Positions 36,448-44,335 of a stretch of DNA of 47,548 nucleotides are shown here, piece by piece. Below the pieces are notes generated by a model. It saw nothing but the letters and a program-made list of their open reading frames with translations, searched no databases and had not been told where the DNA came from. This DNA is from Parcubacteria group bacterium (GTDB lineage: Bacteria; Patescibacteriota; Minisyncoccia; Phycocordibacterales; 21-14-all-47-15): the NCBI GenBank assembly GCA_016181845.1, contig JACOYO010000007.1, positions 1 through 47,548 on the forward strand. Direction: 5' to 3'. The translations under genes and the position numbers were made by a program. How positions within the stretch are numbered: the stretch's first letter is position 1; each line of letters starts with the position of its first letter.

Positions 36448-36553
36448 ACGCCTTCTCCTTTTTTATTTTATTTAACAACCAACCAATTCCCTGATTAATA
36501 TTTTAACACATACATCAAAAAAAGCAAGTCTTTTTGTTTACATGTATGTTATA

Positions 36554-37168
36554 TCAAAATTCGTGCGCGTCTGGGAAAGGGAAAGGGAAAGGAAACCTGT
36601 TGCGATAATTTGGCGAAAGCGGTGACTCCAGCGCTTCTTCTTGCTTGAAAAAAATCTCAAAAAACCGCTTCAATTCCGGCAGGAATTGTTTTTGTTGTTC
36701 TGTGAGGTTTTCGTTCCCAAAACGTTTTTCTGGAGGGAGATGCTCAAGTATGGCATGGGCTTTTGCGCACCACGCGATAAGCGCTTTGACGTGTTGGTTC
36801 ACTTGCCCTTTTTTTGTTTCTGTCTGTTTTCCGCATACTCTCACGTGCTTGTTTACCAGGCCGATAATATCTCTGCATCGTTCTGCCAAAGCACCAATGG
36901 CGAATAGGTCAAACGAAATATCCGTCTGTTTGGGGTATATGGCATTGTGCCAGTACATGATAAGCGGAGGGAAAAACTCCAAAAGAGCAAGGTACACACC
37001 ATATTTCAGTTGTGTATCTTGTGGATCTGAAGAGCGCTCGTCACTTTTTACGATAGAAATTATTTTACCGGTCTCAAGCATGCGCTCAATTGCTTGGTAC
37101 GCGCAAAATGAACCATACCTTCCAAGTGTCGGAGTTTTATAATATGTCGGTTGTTCGTTCAGTTCCAT
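36554..37168 (-). CDS. Hypothetical protein (204 aa)
   Basis: Long ORF with GAGG upstream of ATG 37168; no family recognised. Confidence 0.65.
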   Translation of the reverse strand: MELNEQPTYYKTPTLGRYGSFCAYQAIERMLETGKIISIVKSDERSSDPQDTQLKYGVYLALLEFFPPLIMYWHNAIYPKQTDISFDLFAIGALAERCRDIIGLVNKHVRVCGKQTETKKGQVNQHVKALIAWCAKAHAILEHLPPEKRFGNENLTEQQKQFLPELKRFFEIFFKQEEALESPLSPNYRNRFPFPFPFPDAHEF

Positions 37169-37218
37169 GATTAACCTCTTTATAATAGGGTTTTTTGTCA
37201 ACGAAAGTATGTATTGTA

Positions 37219-37367
37219 CTTTGAATTACGAAACGCAAAGACGTCCGACCTCTGCAATGGTAAAACATCGGCAGTGGCCATAAATAAAGGAATTACAACA
37301 TCAGAGATCGGACGTCTCGTTACCACATCAGAGGTCGGACGTCTCGTTGGCGTTTCGTAATTCACAG
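37219..37367. mobile_element. MITE-like element with the same termini but a different interior (copy 4)
   Basis: IR ctttgaattacgaaacgc/gcgtttcgtaattcacag; flanked by TATTGTA direct repeats (37212-18, 37368-74); internal 27-bp tandem repeat at 37293-37346. Confidence 0.72.
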
Positions 37368-37406
37368 TATTGTATCTTTGAGCAATCATACGATATTATG
37401 CTAAAT

Positions 37407-37934
37407 ATGCAATCGCGCCGTGTACTCAATGAAAAATTTTTTTGTCGTGATACGCGCGTGGTGGCGCGGGAACTTTTGGGCAAATTTTTAGTGCGTCGTG
37501 TCGGCAAAAAAGAGAAAGCGCTCATGATTACCGAAACCGAAGCGTATGACGGACCGGACGACAAAGCAAGCCACGCGCATCGGGGCAAGACAGCGCGCAA
37601 CGCGGTGATGTTTGGCAAAGCCGGACGCTTTTATGTGTATTTGGTATACGGCGTGCATCAGATGTTGAATATCGTTACAGATAAAAACGGCTACCCTGCG
37701 GCCGTGCTTATCCGTAGCGCGGGTGAGTACGACGGTCCCGGGAAACTTTCAAAAATTCTGCGTATTAATCGGCAGTTGAATGAAAAAAAAGCAATGCGGA
37801 CAAGCGGGCTTTGGATTGAGGACCGCGGCATGATTATTCCAAAAAAAGAAATAAAAAAAACACCACGTATAGGCGTGGCGTATGCGGGCGAGTGGGCAAA
37901 GAAGCCGTATCGGTTTGTGTATCGTGGGGTGTAA
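37407..37934 (+). CDS. mpg: DNA-3-methyladenine glycosylase (MPG/AAG family)
   Basis: VARELLGK, ITETEAY.G..D.ASHA, YVYLVYG, AAVLIR, GPGKL and PRIGV motifs. Confidence 0.93.
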   Translation: MQSRRVLNEKFFCRDTRVVARELLGKFLVRRVGKKEKALMITETEAYDGPDDKASHAHRGKTARNAVMFGKAGRFYVYLVYGVHQMLNIVTDKNGYPAAVLIRSAGEYDGPGKLSKILRINRQLNEKKAMRTSGLWIEDRGMIIPKKEIKKTPRIGVAYAGEWAKKPYRFVYRGV

Positions 37935-37939
37935 AAAAG

Positions 37940-37968
37940 AGGATTGCCAATACTTATTGGCAATCCTC
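37940..37968. terminator. Hairpin between convergent genes (probable terminator)
   Basis: aggattgccaata-ct-tattggcaatcct. Confidence 0.65.
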
Positions 37969-38299
37969 ACGGGTCTGGAAGCAGTTCGTCGTGTCGTAGA
38001 CTAGACATCTCTTCCGCCTCTTTTATCTGTTGCGCGAGCTTTTTTTCCGCGGCAGAAATGCACCAGTAGATGCTGTGATGAGAATGAGCGCGCGCTCTTG
38101 TTTGTGCCGCCGCTCCGCGTCTTCCTAATTCTCTGCAAACTGCCAGAAAATAAGCAGTATTGAGATATTCTGTTACTGTTTTGAGCACTTGTGATACCGC
38201 TTCCGGTACAGGCAATCCGTTTTTTTTCATGATGACAGAAGCGGCGTCTGCAAGTTTTTTCACCACTGCCTTTTTTATTTTTGGATTCCGTGATTTCAC
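37967..38299 (-). CDS. Hypothetical protein (110 aa)
   Basis: AGGAGG before the GTG start; promoter TTGACA-N16-TATGAT (38339-66). Confidence 0.62.
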   Translation of the reverse strand: MKSRNPKIKKAVVKKLADAASVIMKKNGLPVPEAVSQVLKTVTEYLNTAYFLAVCRELGRRGAAAQTRARAHSHHSIYWCISAAEKKLAQQIKEAEEMSSLRHDELLPDP

Positions 38300-38604
38300 G
38301 GCGCCCTCCTTTTTTATATTGCGTGATTATCTAGGATAATCATAACTTATATATTTATTTTGTCAAATAAAATAAAGGTTCCTCGGTGCAAAGCCCCGAG
38401 GTATTTCGGGGACTCGCTTTGCTCGTACAATATCGCTAGCCTAGCTACGAGGTATTAACCTGTGTTTCGTCTTCGCTCGGACGAAATGAGAATTGTGATT
38501 CTCATTTCGCTCCTCGCTAGACGAAATAAAAGTTACGATGTATATTCCATTAATTAAAATGCGCGTTTGTTCAAAAAAGTTGCACGATGATATTTAGAGA
38601 CGAA

Positions 38605-39054
38605 TTAAAAGAGAGAATCAACAACTTCTTTTACAGCACTGCCGTCCGCTTTGCCTTGCGTTTCTTTCATAATGGCACCCATGAGGATACCTTTTTTTGA
38701 AGGGTCGGTAATGCCAAGCGACACTTTTTTTGCTTCGGCGATTTTTTTAATTTCATCTCGGCTCATCATTTGTGGAAGGTATGTCTCAATGATATGCAAT
38801 TCTATTTCTTCCGCTTTTGCCAGGTCTTCGCGATTTCCATTTCTAAATTGCTCAATAGAATCTTTTCGCTGTTTGGCTTGTCGTTTGATGACCGCAAGCA
38901 CGTCGGCATCGGAGATAGCTTCTTGAGGCGGTTTGCCTTTCGCGACAAGCTCATTGGTAAATGCCGCAAGCAAGCCGCGAAGCGTGTCTCGTTTCGCGCT
39001 GTCTTTGGCAAGCATGGCCTGTTTCATCTCTTCTTTTATTTGCGTTTGAAGCAT
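38605..39054 (-). CDS. GatB/YqeY domain protein
   Basis: MKQAMLAKD...KQRKDSIEQF..GNREDLA..EE.EL.II..YLP...G.LMG.IMK...GKADG. Confidence 0.93.
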   Translation of the reverse strand: MLQTQIKEEMKQAMLAKDSAKRDTLRGLLAAFTNELVAKGKPPQEAISDADVLAVIKRQAKQRKDSIEQFRNGNREDLAKAEEIELHIIETYLPQMMSRDEIKKIAEAKKVSLGITDPSKKGILMGAIMKETQGKADGSAVKEVVDSLF

Positions 39055-39319
39055 ATTGATTATTATAGCACACGATGCAGATGTATTTGTGTAGATTCAA
39101 ATCAAGAATATATTGTAACACCTGTTTCCGTAAAGAATACTTCAACCAGTATTAGTCCGCCAAATATGTTGGACATCCGATGTCCAACAAGACTATTCCA
39201 GTATACTGGAATACAATCTGACCTATATCATGCTTCAGAATAAACAAAGGGCTACTATTTGTACAAAGTGTACAAAAAGTAGCCCTTTGCAAGACCCCTC
39301 ATAAGACATTTGATGCGAT

Positions 39320-39347
39320 TTGCCTTTTTATTTTTTCGTAGTATAAT
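39320..39347 (+). promoter_or_regulatory. Promoter of rnpB
   Basis: TTGCCT-N16-TATAAT ending 8 nt before the P1 helix. Confidence 0.6.
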
Positions 39348-39355
39348 TCTAGCAG

Positions 39356-40009
39356 GGTTTTGTGTCGGGTAGTTGCCCTCTTACCACTTTTGTTGCTAAA
39401 TGTTACGTTATTTCTAAATATTTGCATCAAAACAAACATAAACACAAAAAGATTTGACAATAAAAGTGGTAAGGGGGAGGAAAGTCCGAACACGGGCGCG
39501 TTGGAAGACGCGCGAGCAGGGTAGCAGGTAACGCCTGTCGCACTCTAGAAACTGGATACTGGATACTAGATGCTGGAACATATGTTCCAGTCTCCAGCTT
39601 CCAGTCTCCAGTTTCTAGAGTCAGAGGTGCGAGCAGAGACGCTTTGATTTGAAAGGGTCAAAGCTCCGACAGTAACGTCGGAGAGTCCCGATGGCAACAT
39701 CGGGGGTGAAACGGCTAAATCCTTACCTCCGTGCAAGGCCGTACTCTGGATTGTCAGAAGCTGGAAACCGGATACTGGAATATTTCCAGTTTCCAGTTTC
39801 TAGTTTCTAGTTTCCAGCTTCTGGCGTCTAGTTTGTGCCGCTCGAGGCGTTTGGCGACAAACGTCCCAGATAAATAACTATCGTCCAGCACCTATTTTGT
39901 ACACGAACGGTGATATGCAGAGAAAAAAATGCATATTAACATTGTTTATTTGTGAGTTTGTGTACAAAATAGGTGCTGGATACAGAATTCGGCTTATAGA
40001 CATAAAACC
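39356..40009 (+). ncRNA. rnpB: RNase P RNA, expanded (about 654 nt)
   Basis: GAGGAAAGTCC (39477-87), P8 caggtaacgcctg, GGTGAAACGG, AGATAAAT and ACAGAATTCGGCTTA; P1 ggttttgtgtc/gacataaaacc. Confidence 0.92.
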
Positions 40010-40018
40010 ATGGATTAT

Positions 40019-40055
40019 GAAAATCCGCGGCCGGGTATACCTGCCGCGGATTTTC
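40019..40055 (+). terminator. Hairpin after rnpB (probable terminator)
   Basis: gaaaatccgcggc...gccgcggattttc. Confidence 0.65.
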
Positions 40056-40167
40056 GCGTCATTTTTTGCATCTTGTCCACATTATACGGATATTGAATAA
40101 AAAGAATAATTTCTTTATACTAATGATACCTTGCATCTTGGCAAAGCCCGGAAAAACATTTATTTTT

Positions 40168-42588
40168 ATGGATATTAAAATTCCAATTTCAAAATCCGAA
40201 TCATATAGCGGCGTTGGCGTTTCTCAACAAAAAAATACTTTTACGTCCAGTGTTGAAACCGCACCCAAAGAAGATATACTTGACACCCTTGCGTTCTGGA
40301 TACTTCTTGGTTTGGTTTTTTTGTTGCCGACCTTTTTTCTACCTATCGGCAATCTCTCTATTTTCTTGAGCAAAAATGTGGTCCTTTCAGCGGCTGTATG
40401 TGTCGTTGCATTATTGTGGCTCATCGCTCGTCTGAAAAAAGGCGAGATGGTCATTCCAAAAACTTCTCTTTTGATTACAGGAGCATTGCTCCCGGTTGTT
40501 TTTTTGATTGCAAGTTTGCTGTCTCCTTCGCCGCGCGTTTCTTTAATCGGAATCGGTTCTGAAATCGGCACTTTTTTTTCAATCACGATTCTCTTTTTGC
40601 TAATGTTTTTTTCATCCATCTTTTTCCAGTCAAAAAAACGCGTTTTCTGGCTCTATACGGCTCTCGCGGCGTCTGCTTTGGTAGTCGCTTTATTTCAAAT
40701 GGCGCGTCTTTTTGGTGCTCAACACATATTATCGTTTGGTTTTTTTTCAACCCAAACGTCAAATCTTCTTGGCAGATGGAATGAGCTCGGCGTGTTTTTC
40801 GGAATGACCGCCTTGTGGTCGCTTATTTCCCTCGCTTTATTTTCATCGCATAAACTTGTGCGGGGTTTTCTATATTTTTTGCTCGCCGTCTCTCTCTTTT
40901 TTGTGCTCATAGTTAATTTTACGCTGGTGTGGATAGTGCTTGGTCTTTTTGCTCTCATATCATTAGTATACGCATTCTCACTAAATAAAAATACAGAATC
41001 TGTTGATACGACGAATAGGACGCGTGTCATGCCAATAGCATCACTGGCGCTTTTGGTGCTTGCTATCTTTGCCATTTTCGGCTCGTCTGTTATCGGGAAC
41101 GCGGTATCTTCTACGCTTCGGATTGAACATTTTGAAGCGCGTCCGACTTTTGCGACAACCTACACTCTGTTCAAAGACACTATCGCCGCGCATCCTTTTT
41201 TTGGTGTCGGACCAAACCGGTTCACCAATCAATGGCTTTTGCTCAAACCTGACGCGGTGAACACGTCTCCGTTTTGGAATGTTGATTTTGCTTTTGGCAT
41301 CAGTGTCATTGCAACGTTTGCAATTACGGCAGGCATTGTCGGTCTTTTGGTTTGGATTATATTTTTGACACAAGTGCTCTATGTCGGTTTTCGGAAATCG
41401 TTTGCCTTTTCATCAGACCGATTTTCGCATTATTTAGCCGTTTCTTCTTTCCTCGTTTCTGTGTATCTTTGGATTTTTATGCTGGTGTATGTGCCAAGCA
41501 ACGCGCTGGTCGGACTCGCTTTTCTTATGACGGGAGCATGGATTGGGCTACTCGTCTCGCTTGGCGGATATAAACAAATTCGTTTTTCTTTTTCAAAAAA
41601 TCCCCAGCGGAGTTTTGTTTCCGTGCTGATTATTCTGGTGCTCGGTATTGGATGTATTGCCGGCATATATATGATATGGCAAAAAATGGACGCGGCCATA
41701 TCGTTTGAAAAAAGCTCTGCCTTGTTTGCGGCTGGGGATATTTCAAACGCATCAATAGCAATGGAACGCGCGGCGCGTTTGGGTGGGAATGCTCTTTATT
41801 ACCGCTCATTGGCCGATATTCACATTGCCGCGCTTAGCGGAATAAAAGAGAAGGTCAATCTTTCAATAGATGAAGCGCGGTCTCAATTTCAGACGGTTCT
41901 CGGGGCGGCTATTGAGAATGCGCGGCAGGCAATCGGCTATGATGCCACCGATTATCTCAATCTTATGTCGCTTGCGCGCGTGTACGAATCGGTCGTGCCG
42001 CTCGGTATTTCCGGAGCGTATGAGAATGCGAAACGCGCCTATGAAGAAGCATTGCTCTATAATCCCAAAAATCCCGTGCTCCCGCTTTCTCTTGCACGTC
42101 TCGCGCTATTGCAAGGAAATCACGATGAGGCGCGGGTTCAGATTTCGCGAGCTCTCACGTTGAAAAATAACTATACCGATGCCATCTTTTTATTGTCTCG
42201 GATTGAGGCGGACGAAGGGAAGATTGCCGATGCTATCGCTTCCGCGGAAATCGCGTCGTTAATCTCGCCTAACGATACCGGTCTCTTTTTTCATCTTGGA
42301 TTATTGCGGTACACAAACAAAGATTATGGCGGAGCCATTTCGGCTTTTGAACGCGCTGTGCTGTTGCAGTCAAATTACGCAAACGCCAAGTATTTTCTTG
42401 GGTTGAGCTACCAACAAATGGGAGAAACTGCCAACTCTATAATTCAGTTTGAAGATATCGCACGGCTTAACCCAGACAACAGCGATGTCAAAAAAATTCT
42501 TGCCAATCTTAAGGCTGGAAAATCTCCTTTTGGCAGTGGGCAAGCGTCTTCACCGGAAAAAAGCAAAACCCCGCCGATCAGAGAGTAG
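40168..42588 (+). CDS. Polytopic membrane protein (O-antigen ligase-like) with C-terminal TPR repeats
   Basis: More than 12 TM segments, a PFFGVGPNRF loop, and TPR-like repeats (YANAKYFLGLSY, LNPDN). Confidence 0.8.
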   Translation: MDIKIPISKSESYSGVGVSQQKNTFTSSVETAPKEDILDTLAFWILLGLVFLLPTFFLPIGNLSIFLSKNVVLSAAVCVVALLWLIARLKKGEMVIPKTSLLITGALLPVVFLIASLLSPSPRVSLIGIGSEIGTFFSITILFLLMFFSSIFFQSKKRVFWLYTALAASALVVALFQMARLFGAQHILSFGFFSTQTSNLLGRWNELGVFFGMTALWSLISLALFSSHKLVRGFLYFLLAVSLFFVLIVNFTLVWIVLGLFALISLVYAFSLNKNTESVDTTNRTRVMPIASLALLVLAIFAIFGSSVIGNAVSSTLRIEHFEARPTFATTYTLFKDTIAAHPFFGVGPNRFTNQWLLLKPDAVNTSPFWNVDFAFGISVIATFAITAGIVGLLVWIIFLTQVLYVGFRKSFAFSSDRFSHYLAVSSFLVSVYLWIFMLVYVPSNALVGLAFLMTGAWIGLLVSLGGYKQIRFSFSKNPQRSFVSVLIILVLGIGCIAGIYMIWQKMDAAISFEKSSALFAAGDISNASIAMERAARLGGNALYYRSLADIHIAALSGIKEKVNLSIDEARSQFQTVLGAAIENARQAIGYDATDYLNLMSLARVYESVVPLGISGAYENAKRAYEEALLYNPKNPVLPLSLARLALLQGNHDEARVQISRALTLKNNYTDAIFLLSRIEADEGKIADAIASAEIASLISPNDTGLFFHLGLLRYTNKDYGGAISAFERAVLLQSNYANAKYFLGLSYQQMGETANSIIQFEDIARLNPDNSDVKKILANLKAGKSPFGSGQASSPEKSKTPPIRE

Positions 42589-42643
42589 AGGTTTTGGAGA
42601 ATGTGTGTTTCTACTCGCGTTGCATTATTGAATAGACATCCAA

Positions 42644-44323
42644 ATGGTCAAAAGAATTTTTAGCGTTTTTCATAAAGAATGGAGCGGCCTTCACGAGGCC
42701 GCTTATCTTCTTGGGCTTTTTGCCTTTTTGTCGCAAGTGCTTGCGCTGTTTCGCGACCGATTGCTCGCGGGGCTATTTGGCGCGGGAGCCGACCTTGATA
42801 TCTACTACACCGCTTTTCGTATTCCCGATTTTTTGTATATTGCAGTTGCTTCGCTTGTGTCGGTGACGGTTTTGGTGCCGTTTTTTATCAAACATCTTGA
42901 GACGGAGAATACGGACTCCGCGCGGAAATTTATCAATGATGTGTTTACCATGTTTTTTCTCGCGCTCGTCGCGGTGAGTGTCGCAACATTTCTTTTGATG
43001 CCATGGATAGTGAAAGTGATTGCCCCGGGATTTCTTTCATCTCAACATGAAACATTGATTTTCCTTTCGCGCGTACTGCTTCTCTCACCGTTTTTACTCG
43101 GTCTTTCAAACTTGTTTGGGTCAATTACGCAATCATACCGCCAATTTTTTGTCTATGCTTTAAGTCCTGTGCTGTATAATGTCGGGATTATCGCTGGGAT
43201 TGTTTTTTTGGCGCCGAAGTACGGCGTTGCCGGCGTGGTATACGGGGTTCTTTTGGGGGCTCTTCTTCACTTGCTGGTGCAAATTCCAGCAGTGGCAAAA
43301 AAAGGACTGCTCCCATCGTTCTCATTCAGCGTCAATATGCTGGAAATGAAAGAAGTCGCGCTATTATCTTTACCAAGGACGTTTGTGCTTTCAACACAAC
43401 AACTCGTCATGGTTGTTTTTTTGGCGCTCGCGTCGCTTTTGGGAGAGGGGGCTATTTCAGTCCTTAAATTTTCGTTTAACCTCCAATCAGTGCCGCTTTC
43501 AATTATCGGGGTGAGTTACTCCGTGGCGGCATTTCCGACGCTTGCGGCGCTTTTTTCCAACGGAGAAAAAGAAGCGTTCGCGAAACAAATCATGGTGGCG
43601 GCAAAGCATATTATTTTTTGGTCATTCCCGATGCTCGTGCTCTTTATCGTGCTTCGCGCGCAAATCGTGAGAAGTATTCTTGGAACAGGCGCGTTCGGCT
43701 GGACCGAGACGCGGCTCACTGCCGCGGCGCTCGCGTTGTTTGCCGTTTCCATTGTCGCGCAGAGTCTCGTGTTTCTTTTTGTTCGCGGATATTACGCGTC
43801 AAACTATACAAAAAAACCGGTCATTATCAACAGCATTGCCGCGATTATTACAATCGCTCTGGCATTTATCTTGCTTAATTTTTTTGCCGCAAATAATACG
43901 TTTCGTTTTTTTGTTGAAGATTTATTTCGTGTTTCAGATGTAGCGCACACGTCAGTGCTTATGCTCCCGCTTGCCTTTTCTATCGGCTCGCTTGCAAACG
44001 CGCTGTTGTTTTGGATAGTGTTCAAAAAAGATTTTCCCGCGTTTTCAATGTCTATCGCGAGCTCCATGTATCATAGTTTTGCCGGTTCAATCGTGATGGG
44101 CTTTGTGGCGCACCAGATGCTTGATGTGCTTGATAACATTTTTGATATCACTACTTTTTGGGGCATATTTTCACAAGGGTTTTTTGCCGGTGTCGTCGGT
44201 CTTATTGCCGGCATATGTCTCTTGTATCTTCTTGAAAACAAAGAAATCAGAGAAATTTGGGATTCTTTCCACCACAAATTTTGGAAAGCGAAAGCGGTTG
44301 CGCCGGAACAGGCGGAGCTTTAG
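42644..44323 (+). CDS. murJ: Lipid II flippase MurJ (MviN)
   Basis: RDRLLA..FGAG..LD.YY.AFRIPD, P.LYN.GII, P.SIIGVS...AAFP and RGYYA motifs. Confidence 0.93.
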   Translation: MVKRIFSVFHKEWSGLHEAAYLLGLFAFLSQVLALFRDRLLAGLFGAGADLDIYYTAFRIPDFLYIAVASLVSVTVLVPFFIKHLETENTDSARKFINDVFTMFFLALVAVSVATFLLMPWIVKVIAPGFLSSQHETLIFLSRVLLLSPFLLGLSNLFGSITQSYRQFFVYALSPVLYNVGIIAGIVFLAPKYGVAGVVYGVLLGALLHLLVQIPAVAKKGLLPSFSFSVNMLEMKEVALLSLPRTFVLSTQQLVMVVFLALASLLGEGAISVLKFSFNLQSVPLSIIGVSYSVAAFPTLAALFSNGEKEAFAKQIMVAAKHIIFWSFPMLVLFIVLRAQIVRSILGTGAFGWTETRLTAAALALFAVSIVAQSLVFLFVRGYYASNYTKKPVIINSIAAIITIALAFILLNFFAANNTFRFFVEDLFRVSDVAHTSVLMLPLAFSIGSLANALLFWIVFKKDFPAFSMSIASSMYHSFAGSIVMGFVAHQMLDVLDNIFDITTFWGIFSQGFFAGVVGLIAGICLLYLLENKEIREIWDSFHHKFWKAKAVAPEQAEL

Positions 44324-44335
44324 TATTGGAACGGT

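Noticed and set aside
39542-39831. Short repeats as a possible CRISPR array
   Set aside because: Units are 7 bp with no unique spacers and lie inside rnpB; no cas genes in the window.
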